From the IMG/VR virus record IMGVR_UViG_3300037483_000835, positions 1 through 61,359 of that record: a stretch of DNA of 61,359 nt; one strand, 5' to 3'. Under the pieces are notes generated by a model. That model saw nothing but the letters and a program-made list of their open reading frames with translations. It did no database searches and was not told the origin of the DNA. Source of the DNA: a virus (lineage: Duplodnaviria > Caudoviricetes). Positions 34,623 to 43,404 of the stretch are shown here, piece by piece. Position 1 is the first letter of the stretch; the number at the start of each line of letters is the position of its first letter. Made by a program: the position numbers and the translations under genes.

Positions 34623-37600
34623 TTATGTCATCCTTCCTAGCTCTGCGCCAGAGGGGGTGCGGTCTTCGGTTGCGGGGTTATGCGCAGCGGCTACGTCTTC
34701 GACGTTGGCTCGACCGTACGATGTCTCAAGGAATGGCGAGTAATACGCCGCACCCTTGGTTACCGGAGGATTCTTGAAGACGAAGGGCTTCCCGTCTGGG
34801 CTCTTATTTGCAAGACGATTCTGAAGAGCCCCCAGTCGGCGCACACTCTCAGCACGTTGCTTTTGAGGTACGCCTAAACGCTCCATCATATCGCCCAGCT
34901 TCTGCGGGTTTAGTTTTTGGGCCCAAGCTACGGCTTCTGGATGAAGAGGCTCCTCTACCCATTCGTTACCCGTGTTCGCCGACCAATAATGTGGAACGTT
35001 GGGAACTTCATCTTCCCCGTACATCGACAGCCCGTTATCGTTCAAGTGAATATACGGAGCTTTTTTCGGGGTAAGCATGTAGTTACCGGAGTGTCTATCA
35101 ACCTGGTCCAGTATCATATCCATCAGGGCCAACTTGTCAAGCTGCCCCATATGGCGTAGTCTTTCGATGGTCGCGCCATGCTCCGGATTCGACGGCTCGT
35201 AGTGTTCGACGTCCTCAACTCTACGCTGCGCAGAATAGGGCTGACCAGTCGTAGGATGGTGGAATACTGCCGTGGTAGGCACGTGCTGTCCCAGCTTAAA
35301 AAAGTTCTTCGCCAAGTTATGGAAAGTGGCCTCGCGATGCGCCGTAGTAAATCCTTCCTGATTAAATACGCCCAAATGCGAATTCATGGCGAAATTAGGC
35401 TTGACGTAGCTGATATGTCCAGCACGGCTCTGACGCCAGCCAGTCTCATTACCGGCTTGGGCAGCGCTCATACCTCGACGTTCACCAACCTGTCTAGGCA
35501 GCGCCTCCTTGGCAAGGTCCATTCCGTGTAACATCGCCTGCTGGTCTGGATGTTCAGAGAGTCCCGGAGCGCCATGCTTCTTTGCGTCCACCAACTGGAA
35601 GCCCAACCCCGACGCCTTCGGTTCCGAGTTGATGCGATAGGATTTCGCACCGGCCTTTACCTTCCTAACCGAACCACCATCGTCCACATGATGCCACTCG
35701 CTACCTATGTCTAGTAGCGGGAATTTGCCTTTATGCGGGCCCTCCAAAATCTCCAGCTCACCAGGGAACACCATCTTCCCGCTGAACGGAACCGCCTTCG
35801 GCTTCTTGACTTTGGGCTCGCCCTTCGCCAACTCTTGAAGCTGCTCGGCCAGGGCTTCGGCTTTAGCCAACTCCTTGTTATGTAGAACGGCCGGTATCAT
35901 AGTCGAATAAAGAGCGAGGGTCGCCGGCACAAAGCCGAATTGGTTCTCCAGCTCCTTTGTCGCATGCGCGACACGGGCGGCCATAGAACCGCCATCATCC
36001 ATCTCGTGCTTGATAAGACGATGGTCGTGCGGAATTCCGTACTTGGTAAGTACGCGCTTGACGGCATTCCAGAACACGCCGTGGTCGGTCTCGGCGTTTT
36101 TCGCCTGGCCACGCTCAAACCAACCACGACGCTTCTCGTGGGGTTGAATAGTCAGCCAGTGCAACCAAAAAGAAGGGAACAGGGCCTGTTCGCCTAGGTC
36201 TTCACCGAACTGCTGCTGAATCTTTGCGCGAGTGTGGGCGACGGCCGGATGATGAGCCAAATAATACTTGTCGATTTCGGCAAGCAAGGGCTCATTCTTC
36301 TCATTCCAGAGATACTTCTTCAACACGTCCGAGCGGGGGTCGGCAGTATGAAGACCAAACGTGTGACGGATAAAGTGGGTATCAGGAACCACGACGTTGC
36401 CAGCGCCCATCATACCGAGCAAATAACGGATAGTCTTTGGCGCGAAACCCTTAACGTCAGGGTCTTCGCCCTGCTTCTTTGTACCAGCTCGCTGCTTCAT
36501 GTCGTTGAGGAGGCCCGCGATGGTGCGCGCGTCCGTTCCATGTTTCGCAACCAAGTCAACGAGAGTCTCGTGTAGCTCGTGGTAGTTCTTTACTCCACCC
36601 CACTTCTGCGCTCCCAGACCGATGATGTAACGACGGCCCTCTTCAGTCCAAATGCCCGAGGTACGTTTCGCAAAATGGTCACGCTCCCAAGCGGGTAAAT
36701 GCTGCCCCTTAGAGATAGAATTCCACTCTTTAGCATATCGTGCCAACTCCTTGCGTGACAGCTCTTTCGTGGGATCAAGACCCTCGAAGCCGCCCTTGCC
36801 GGTCGGGGGGCCCATCATGTCCATCAAGTGACCATAGGCCAACTCTTGCATCGGCACAGCCGTATTGGGCGACATAGCGCTAAAGAGGGACGCAAGAGCT
36901 ACCATCTCCTGAGGGGCCTTCCCCGCCCGCATCGTCTTATGTACCATCACCCAATTCTTCAGCGCGGTGTCGTGGATATGATTCAGTCCAGGGTCTTTAA
37001 GAATCTCGCCATACCCCCGGTCATTAAGGTCTGGGATATAAACCTTGAATCGCCCATCCGCAGTGTGAAGAACGCCACCGCCGTGGTCGAAATAAGCTTC
37101 ACCGTGCTTCAGGCGCTTGCCTGTACGCACCTTAAACTCGGGCGATTCAGCCGGTGGAAGCGCAGGGCCCTCGTCGGTGACCACACCCATACCGGGCAAT
37201 CCCACTTGCTTCGGCGCTGCAACCGCCGCCTGAATACCTTTCAGCTTGTGTTCGTATTTCTTCTGCTTCGCCTTAAACGCAGTCGAACCGGTAGACATAC
37301 CTGAGCCCGAACGTGTAATACGACCACCAGGCTCCTGGACCTCTTCATCTTCGGCCTTTGCCAGCATCTGCTGCTTAGTTACCTTCCAGTCTCCGACAGC
37401 CTCAGCGAATCGATCTAGGAAGCTATCGCTTGCCTCGGGAAGAGAGTGCTTCGCGTACTCCTTAAAAGGACCGTGCTTGTCCGGGTCATAATCGCGAAGT
37501 GCGGCTTTAGCCTTAGCGGCAAATCCCACATCATGTAGCTCGCGACCGAAGTCCTCCCGCTGGAGAGCTGCGCCTCCCGTGAGCGAGCCCGGAGCGGCAT

Positions 37601-38300
37601 TGTAGTTACCGGCCGTAATGGTTTTGGCTAGAATGTTGAGACGGTCGGTCAAGTCGCTCACGTCGTGGATTTCGGGGTCGCAAGCGATGGTCGGGGAACC
37701 GCCGAGTCGGCGCTGGTCAGGATTTTCATGCTTCTTTGTGCCAATAAGGAACGCGAGCGGGTCCTCCGGCTGCGTAGACTCAGACACCTTCTTCGAATCG
37801 TCCTCACCATCGGAAATGACACCCGATATGGCGCTCTTATTCGCCGGTTTGATAGTGAGAGCCACCCTTCTCGCAATGGTCCTATCCAACATGGGACCGT
37901 TCTGTTCCAGAGTGGAACCTTCGATACTGTATCGGATAAGGATAGGCAGGCCCTTATTCCTGTAGTGACGGACCATGGCGGCACAGGCAACCGCACCAGG
38001 GTGCCCCTCGTCGTTGAATAGTTCCACCTTCCCGTAGATGAACGGGACCTGCACAAAGTCCCAATACTCTCTCTCTCGAGCGTTTGAACAATCACCCCGA
38101 GTGAAAATTTTCTTGGCGTACGTCACTCGGCCTACATGGTCGTTCGCGCTGTGGCCCGGGTCCTTGTCTCCAAGGTGCTCCCAATTTGCTGTGGCACGAC
38201 CAGCCTGAAGGTCGCTGATATCAGCACCCTTTATAACGACGATTTCGGCGCTGGAGTCGGGCTGCTCCGACGCAAAAACCCCGTCCAATATCATTCCCAT
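34623..38300 (-). CDS. prohead protease fused to capsid-arm mimic, HhH-GPD glycosylase-like domain and PI3/4-kinase-like domain
   Basis: N-terminal NWEH..YSIEG..VALTIKPAN (HK97/S78-type protease); GFAPKT..VVPDTHF; YVKP..HRE..DQVDRHSGN..LNDNG. Confidence 0.85.
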   Translation of the reverse strand: MGMILDGVFASEQPDSSAEIVVIKGADISDLQAGRATANWEHLGDKDPGHSANDHVGRVTYAKKIFTRGDCSNAREREYWDFVQVPFIYGKVELFNDEGHPGAVACAAMVRHYRNKGLPILIRYSIEGSTLEQNGPMLDRTIARRVALTIKPANKSAISGVISDGEDDSKKVSESTQPEDPLAFLIGTKKHENPDQRRLGGSPTIACDPEIHDVSDLTDRLNILAKTITAGNYNAAPGSLTGGAALQREDFGRELHDVGFAAKAKAALRDYDPDKHGPFKEYAKHSLPEASDSFLDRFAEAVGDWKVTKQQMLAKAEDEEVQEPGGRITRSGSGMSTGSTAFKAKQKKYEHKLKGIQAAVAAPKQVGLPGMGVVTDEGPALPPAESPEFKVRTGKRLKHGEAYFDHGGGVLHTADGRFKVYIPDLNDRGYGEILKDPGLNHIHDTALKNWVMVHKTMRAGKAPQEMVALASLFSAMSPNTAVPMQELAYGHLMDMMGPPTGKGGFEGLDPTKELSRKELARYAKEWNSISKGQHLPAWERDHFAKRTSGIWTEEGRRYIIGLGAQKWGGVKNYHELHETLVDLVAKHGTDARTIAGLLNDMKQRAGTKKQGEDPDVKGFAPKTIRYLLGMMGAGNVVVPDTHFIRHTFGLHTADPRSDVLKKYLWNEKNEPLLAEIDKYYLAHHPAVAHTRAKIQQQFGEDLGEQALFPSFWLHWLTIQPHEKRRGWFERGQAKNAETDHGVFWNAVKRVLTKYGIPHDHRLIKHEMDDGGSMAARVAHATKELENQFGFVPATLALYSTMIPAVLHNKELAKAEALAEQLQELAKGEPKVKKPKAVPFSGKMVFPGELEILEGPHKGKFPLLDIGSEWHHVDDGGSVRKVKAGAKSYRINSEPKASGLGFQLVDAKKHGAPGLSEHPDQQAMLHGMDLAKEALPRQVGERRGMSAAQAGNETGWRQSRAGHISYVKPNFAMNSHLGVFNQEGFTTAHREATFHNLAKNFFKLGQHVPTTAVFHHPTTGQPYSAQRRVEDVEHYEPSNPEHGATIERLRHMGQLDKLALMDMILDQVDRHSGNYMLTPKKAPYIHLNDNGLSMYGEDEVPNVPHYWSANTGNEWVEEPLHPEAVAWAQKLNPQKLGDMMERLGVPQKQRAESVRRLGALQNRLANKSPDGKPFVFKNPPVTKGAAYYSPFLETSYGRANVEDVAAAHNPATEDRTPSGAELGRMT

Positions 38301-38333
38301 GAAGTGACCGCCTGCGAAAAGGGTCCAGTCGGT

Positions 38334-38339
38334 AGATTA
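38334..38339 (-). promoter_or_regulatory. putative late promoter TAATCT (representative copy)
   Basis: Found shortly upstream of most structural gene starts. Confidence 0.55.
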
Positions 38340-38519
38340 GCTCTTGACGAATACTTCGGATTTCAGTAGGGTGCTCCTTGCGAGGCGATGCCGGCTCGCA
38401 CGCACGAGCGGCTAGGCGTGGGTGCGTCAAACCCAGATGACCTAGCCGACCCGAAAGGGGTAAGCCTCACTTGTTGGTTCGGGGCACCGAAGAACAAGGA
38501 CAGGCAGCCGGCCATACAT

Positions 38520-38882
38520 ATGAACGAGACCATCGTTTACCGAGTGCAGGACCGATTTGGAAGAGGTCCCTATCGCTGCGACGACATGAACGTAGCGCCA
38601 AACGTGGATTGGCTGAGACACCCCGCGCCGCGCGAAGACTTCGAGGTCTTCAACTGCCGAGAAGATGGTTGGTACTCGGCATTCATAGAGTTGATTCGGC
38701 CATACAAATTCGGATTTCCCACTCTCCAAGCAGCCTTCAACTGGTTCCACGAAGACGAACTCCAAGAAATGTCTCAGCTCGGATTCCACTTGGTCGAAAT
38801 CAAGGCTGAGTCAGTGGTAGTCTCGGACTCCGGACGGCAGTGCATTTTCATCCCACTTGACAAGTTCTACGCGAATATGTAG
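38520..38882 (+). CDS. stand-alone GRGPY-domain protein, paralog of a module in protein A
   Basis: IVYRVQDRFGRGPY..FGF..WF..GF..SDSGRQ matches protein A at about 6630-6935. Confidence 0.75.
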   Translation: MNETIVYRVQDRFGRGPYRCDDMNVAPNVDWLRHPAPREDFEVFNCREDGWYSAFIELIRPYKFGFPTLQAAFNWFHEDELQEMSQLGFHLVEIKAESVVVSDSGRQCIFIPLDKFYANM

Positions 38883-38885
38883 TAT
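38857..38885 (+). promoter_or_regulatory. sigma70-type early promoter
   Basis: TTGACA-N17-TAGTAT. Confidence 0.8.
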
Positions 38886-38911
38886 ACCGTAAATCAATCA
38901 AGGAGAAGTCC

Positions 38912-39172
38912 ATGAAGACGATCATTGCCCTGCTGGCACTCGCTCTCACCGCTTGTGGAGGTCCCACGGCCCTCTACGAGGGCGAGGCTCCGCCGCCCAA
39001 CTTCGACTGCGTCTGTCGCACCGAGGCTGATGCCCGGAACCAGAAGCCCGAGCTGTACTTGGGCTTTCATCTCGATGCCGACGAGTACCACGCAAAGCTG
39101 AACGAGGCTAGCCGCCTGTGCTTCCAGAAGATGGGCCCCTGCTCTTGTAGGTCCTGCTGGCCCATCGAGTAG
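38912..39172 (+). CDS. small lipoprotein
   Basis: Signal peptide with lipobox LTAC; AAGGAG RBS. Confidence 0.8.
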   Translation: MKTIIALLALALTACGGPTALYEGEAPPPNFDCVCRTEADARNQKPELYLGFHLDADEYHAKLNEASRLCFQKMGPCSCRSCWPIE

Positions 39173-39385
39173 CGAACAACATAGGAGATATTATGCGAAT
39201 CCCAGACATCCGTCGTAGGCCGTGGCAAAACATCGACTTCATGATAATCGGGGCGCTGGGCATGTTCGACGGACTGGCTAAGGTCCTTTCACTAGGCTTC
39301 GCTCAAACCAACGTCGAGATGAGCTACCTCTGCTGGCGCACCCAGCAGACGATGAAGCGACAGTAAGCAGCGGCGGGGAGAGCCG

Positions 39386-39414
39386 TTGACAAAATCCTCG
39401 TGGGAGGCTATAAC
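39386..39414 (+). promoter_or_regulatory. sigma70-type early promoter
   Basis: TTGACA-N17-TATAAC; ATG at 39421. Confidence 0.85.
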
Positions 39415-39420
39415 AGAACC

Positions 39421-39975
39421 ATGACAAACAACGAACTCATCGCCGCGCTCAAGGCTCTCCCCGCCGCGAATTCCGCTGCCATCCGCGCCATGCCGCAGGC
39501 CGAGCTGGAAACCATTCTCCAGGCCACCTACGACCTCTCGAACGAGAATAATCATCAGGAGTGGCTGTACATCTACGAGGCGGCTGGCGGCGAGGCAGCG
39601 TACAAGGCAATCCCCTACGGGTCCGAGAAGTTCAGCGACCTCATCCGGTTCGGCAAGCAGAAGGTCGCGGCCCGGCACCCCGAGTTCGTGGAGCTGGCGG
39701 CTCTCGTCCAGGACCTTCGCCGCTCCGTCATCAACCGCGAGCTGCGCCGCCGTTCGATGCTCGCCATGAAGGCCGCGAACACCACCTATCGCGCCGCCAT
39801 CGCCGTCGAGACTGGCGCCTACCAGGTCGGCGACAAGGTCCAGGTCCACGCCTTCGGCCACTGGTACGACGGCAAGGTCCTCAAGCTCGGCCGCACGGGT
39901 AAGGTCACGGTCGGCTACACCTCGGGAACCGGTACGTACCGCGAGAAGTCTGTCGGCAAGGACAAGATTCGCTAG
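39421..39975 (+). CDS. early hypothetical protein with C-terminal SH3-like domain
   Basis: YQVGDKVQV...G.WYDGKV; strong codon bias. Confidence 0.75.
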   Translation: MTNNELIAALKALPAANSAAIRAMPQAELETILQATYDLSNENNHQEWLYIYEAAGGEAAYKAIPYGSEKFSDLIRFGKQKVAARHPEFVELAALVQDLRRSVINRELRRRSMLAMKAANTTYRAAIAVETGAYQVGDKVQVHAFGHWYDGKVLKLGRTGKVTVGYTSGTGTYREKSVGKDKIR

Positions 39976-39982
39976 GAGAGTC

Positions 39983-40333
39983 ATGATTTGCCCCATCCAT
40001 AAATACTCCCTGGGTCAGTGCTCCTCCTGCGACACCGACCCGCGACCGATGATTCGATACTTCCTGAACCGCGATGAGCCGCTCCCCTCGGATGTGGCAG
40101 TCGTCATCAGCTACCAGGTCTGTCGACTCCCATCGCTCTCGCACCTGTACACGAAGACAGAAGTCTATAAATGGTATTTCAAAGATGGCGCCACGCTCGA
40201 GTGTCAGGAATGTGGCGCTATCTGGGGTAGCGACGACACGAAACCCGTCCACATGGACAAGTGTCCCGAATGCGGCTGGAGCAACAGCGACCAGACCACG
40301 TTCGAGGCGAACCTCGAGAAAGGGAAGTCATGA
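39983..40333 (+). CDS. zinc-finger hypothetical protein
   Basis: CxxH/CxxC pairs; AGGAG RBS. Confidence 0.65.
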   Translation: MICPIHKYSLGQCSSCDTDPRPMIRYFLNRDEPLPSDVAVVISYQVCRLPSLSHLYTKTEVYKWYFKDGATLECQECGAIWGSDDTKPVHMDKCPECGWSNSDQTTFEANLEKGKS

Positions 40334-40680
40334 CCGCTTGCGAATGTACGGAACACGCCGAGACCTTCTGGACTCTGGTAACAGACCTTGCCCACTGGGA
40401 ACTAGAGCTGTTTATCATGCTGGTTTTCGACGTGATTATCGGCATGATAGCTTGGCCGTTCGTCCGAAAGCACTGGGTACACCACCTGGCACACGACAAG
40501 GCTCACCCCGAAACAACCCCCACGCCAGGCATCGGGAAGTACGACCCGAAATTCGGCGCACGGACTACTAGCTCCCCGCAGGTAGCGCGGTTCCAGGAGG
40601 ATGGCCACGAAAACGAGACCGTCCTCGACTTCATCAATCGTGGCGGAATCGGCCGGTCTGGACCGGTGAGGCGAACATGA
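40330..40680 (+). CDS. membrane hypothetical protein
   Basis: ATGA overlap; hydrophobic LFIMLVFDVIIGMIAW. Confidence 0.6.
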   Translation: MTACECTEHAETFWTLVTDLAHWELELFIMLVFDVIIGMIAWPFVRKHWVHHLAHDKAHPETTPTPGIGKYDPKFGARTTSSPQVARFQEDGHENETVLDFINRGGIGRSGPVRRT

Positions 40681-40940
40681 ACAAGCCACGCGCAGGTCTC
40701 GGTACCATCATCGGGTTTAACACTACGCAGGTAGGATACTTCCTCGACTTCGAGCGTGGTGGGACTAAAGTCAGCCGCATAGTCGCGCCAGAGCTGGCAC
40801 GGCAGCTAGCTGAAGAATACGGTGTCCGAGACCGGCGGGGTGGAGGTAGGTCTACGATGAACAACCTCAAGGGAGCCGCATTCCGATATAGGGAGACTTC
40901 GCAAGGAATGCTCGTGGAAATCCAGGTTCTTCCGAACTAG
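40677..40940 (+). CDS. hypothetical protein
   Basis: ATGA-coupled, GAGG RBS. Confidence 0.6.
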   Translation: MNKPRAGLGTIIGFNTTQVGYFLDFERGGTKVSRIVAPELARQLAEEYGVRDRRGGGRSTMNNLKGAAFRYRETSQGMLVEIQVLPN

Positions 40941-40969
40941 TTGACAGCTCTGGAGCCGGGGAGTATATT
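40941..40969 (+). promoter_or_regulatory. sigma70-type early promoter
   Basis: TTGACA-N17-TATATT; ATG at 40976. Confidence 0.85.
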
Positions 40970-40975
40970 AACACC

Positions 40976-41242
40976 ATGAAGAAGACCTACCGTCACACCG
41001 CAGAAACCGACTACGGCACTTTCCGAGCCGACTTCACCGGCCAGCAATACCCTCTCGCGGTTACTTACTGCGGCTGGGGAGACATGCCCGAGGCTACCAA
41101 GCGTCGACTGAACGACAAGGAAGGCATTCTGTACGGATGGGCCCACGACGTGAAGCACGCGACCCAGCTCTTGGATGAGGCCATCGCCGAGGGATGCCTC
41201 AACCTCTTCATCGTGGCAGTCAACATCCGAGAGCTGCCGTGA
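40976..41242 (+). CDS. early hypothetical protein
   Basis: Starts at the predicted transcription start. Confidence 0.7.
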   Translation: MKKTYRHTAETDYGTFRADFTGQQYPLAVTYCGWGDMPEATKRRLNDKEGILYGWAHDVKHATQLLDEAIAEGCLNLFIVAVNIRELP

Positions 41243-41532
41243 CCGACTTACCCCAGCCCACCGACGACGAATTGCTCCTGGCATTCGTCGAAGACTGTCC
41301 CAGCATGGCCGTCGACAATTACCGGCGACGAGTCGGTATCAACTGGTATTCGAGTTACCTATTCGAGCACCTGAAGGAAGCCTGGCATCGTCGTATGTAC
41401 GATAAGGGCCCGCCATGAAGAAGTCGGAAGCTATCCGTATCGTACTCTCCTCGATTCATACCCGAGACTACGCGCTCATGCGCCTGATTTTGGGCGCAAC
41501 CAAGTCAGGCGTCCACGTCGACAAAAAGAAAG

Positions 41533-42048
41533 CTAACTCAAAGAAGGCTTGCCGTCGGTCTTCGCGACCAAAAGCTCTTCGGGAAGAGGAGTGATATCCG
41601 GCAGCGCTTCCGCCTCGACCGCCGGCTCATCTCCCTCGTCGACTTCGGGTTTCAGCACAGGAGCCGCTAAGGCAGCTCGTTGTGCCCTCACCTTGGCCTC
41701 GAGCTGTGCAGCTAAGACCTTCTGCTCCTTAACCCATGCGTCGAAACGGTCGACCCGGCTCAAAACGGCCATCAGACAGTCACGCATGGATGGGTATACC
41801 CCACCCATGGGCATTTCGGCCGGCCTGGAACGCTGCCAGGCCATAATAGGAGCGCGGAAGTCATAGCCCCACTGGGACATAATCGGGATGCCCTTACCGG
41901 CCATCTGTAGCGAAATACGGAAGCCTGGAAGGCGGTCCTGAGCCATCTCCAGAAGCTGCTCCAGGGTCGGTTCATTCATCGCTGAATTCCTCATCCCGGT
42001 CTGCGTGGACGAACTTGGGAGTATCCGCATCAGTGGGGGCTTCGTCAT
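41533..42048 (-). CDS. hypothetical protein
   Basis: ORF with acidic tail; GTGTTATAGTAA motif upstream; true start uncertain. Confidence 0.55.
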   Translation of the reverse strand: MTKPPLMRILPSSSTQTGMRNSAMNEPTLEQLLEMAQDRLPGFRISLQMAGKGIPIMSQWGYDFRAPIMAWQRSRPAEMPMGGVYPSMRDCLMAVLSRVDRFDAWVKEQKVLAAQLEAKVRAQRAALAAPVLKPEVDEGDEPAVEAEALPDITPLPEELLVAKTDGKPSLS

Positions 42049-42161
42049 TTAGCTGAACCTCTAGCGGAAAGGTATATGAACCGAAGCCCTTAACCTGGAC
42101 TCCATTAACGGTAAAACGGTCGATTCGAACTCGTACCTTCATAAATTACTATAACACGACC

Positions 42162-42190
42162 TTGACGAACCCGATTCTATCCTGTAGAGT
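42162..42190 (+). promoter_or_regulatory. sigma70-type early promoter
   Basis: TTGACG-N17-TAGAGT; ATG at 42197. Confidence 0.7.
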
Positions 42191-42196
42191 CTTTTT

Positions 42197-42502
42197 ATGC
42201 CTACCAACTACATCCGACGCTGCAACACTCCTCAGGAATCCAAGAAGGTCATCGCGGCCATGACCACCCTGGGCGCTACCGACCTCAGGCTGACGGCATC
42301 GGGCTACTGGCGGTGCACCAAAGACGGTGAAATCGCATATCTGGACCACCACGGAGTCAAGAAGATGCGTGGCGAGCGGATTCTGGTACGAGTTTCCACC
42401 AACGACGACACCGGCTACCCATGCTGGGAAGATTGCTGGGTCACTCCTGGCACCAGCGAATTCTCTACTGCTCGCCTGTACGTCGAAGGAACTCTTCCGT
42501 GA
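42197..42502 (+). CDS. early hypothetical protein
   Basis: Starts at the predicted transcription start. Confidence 0.65.
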   Translation: MPTNYIRRCNTPQESKKVIAAMTTLGATDLRLTASGYWRCTKDGEIAYLDHHGVKKMRGERILVRVSTNDDTGYPCWEDCWVTPGTSEFSTARLYVEGTLP

Positions 42503-42729
42503 CCCAACTCAAGCGCGGCGACAAGGTATCCTTCGTGCGCGGGATGTTCGGACGCTGGAACGGCAGGGTAGTAAAGACCTACCGAACCCGCGGCTCCCGC
42601 TACACGGGTGCTGGAGCTGGCTGCGAGATGGTCCTCGTCTCGTACACCCGCAAGAACGGCTCCTTCGGCCAGTACCGCGCCCAGCTCATCGATGTTCGGC
42701 CTCTTGACGTGGCCGAGACGTTCCTGTAG
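42499..42729 (+). CDS. small SH3/KOW-like protein
   Basis: GTGA overlap; LKRGDKVSF..G..GRW.GRV. Confidence 0.55.
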   Translation: MTQLKRGDKVSFVRGMFGRWNGRVVKTYRTRGSRYTGAGAGCEMVLVSYTRKNGSFGQYRAQLIDVRPLDVAETFL

Positions 42730-42732
42730 TAT
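42704..42732 (+). promoter_or_regulatory. sigma70-type early promoter
   Basis: TTGACG-N17-TAGTAT; ATG at 42740. Confidence 0.75.
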
Positions 42733-42861
42733 TACTGACATGGCCAAGACCAACGAAAAGCCGGCGCGTGAACCCTGGACCTACGTATGTGATGTATGCG
42801 GCAAGAAACACGTCATCGGCTGCAACCACGAGGCCGCCGTTCGTCTGGGGCAAGTGAAGCC

Positions 42862-43095
42862 ATGACCACATTCCCCAAGTTGAACCTAATCACGCTGCGC
42901 GCCGGTACGAAATTCATGGCCGAACTACCTGACGGTACCGTCTCAGCCGAGCGAATGCTCACAGAGAACACCGAAGCCGAGCTGGTTATCGGCGGCCCGG
43001 TCTTCAACGTTTACGACGTGGTGATGGACGGACAGGTAGTGGCCATTCTGGTCGACGTGAACGACGAAGTCCGAGAACTCGTAGCACCCATCTGA
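42862..43095 (+). CDS. hypothetical protein
   Basis: MTTFPKL..., ATGA overlap. Confidence 0.55.
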   Translation: MTTFPKLNLITLRAGTKFMAELPDGTVSAERMLTENTEAELVIGGPVFNVYDVVMDGQVVAILVDVNDEVRELVAPI

Positions 43096-43101
43096 GGCAA
43101 C

Positions 43102-43404
43102 ATGACCAAGACCGAGCTGTATTTCGGACGCAATTCACCCAACGGCCACATCGACGACAATCAATTCCGTGAGTTCCGCCGCCAGGAAATCGAATCGCGC
43201 TTCGAGGGCTTCTCACTCTTCGACGGGCTCGGCTGCTGGAAGGGTTATGCCGAGCACTGCAAGGTACTGGTCGTGATTTGGGACAACACCCACCAGAATC
43301 TATACGACAGCTACAAAATCGACGCCATTCGCTCGGCTTACGTCAAGAGGTTCAGTCAGGAGTCGGTGATGCGCGTCGACCAGGAAGTGAAGGTCGAGTT
43401 TTAG
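43102..43404 (+). CDS. DUF3574-like protein
   Basis: ELYFGRN..RF.GF..G.G.W..E..KVL..I..IR.AY..F.QESV.RV pattern. Confidence 0.7.
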   Translation: MTKTELYFGRNSPNGHIDDNQFREFRRQEIESRFEGFSLFDGLGCWKGYAEHCKVLVVIWDNTHQNLYDSYKIDAIRSAYVKRFSQESVMRVDQEVKVEF

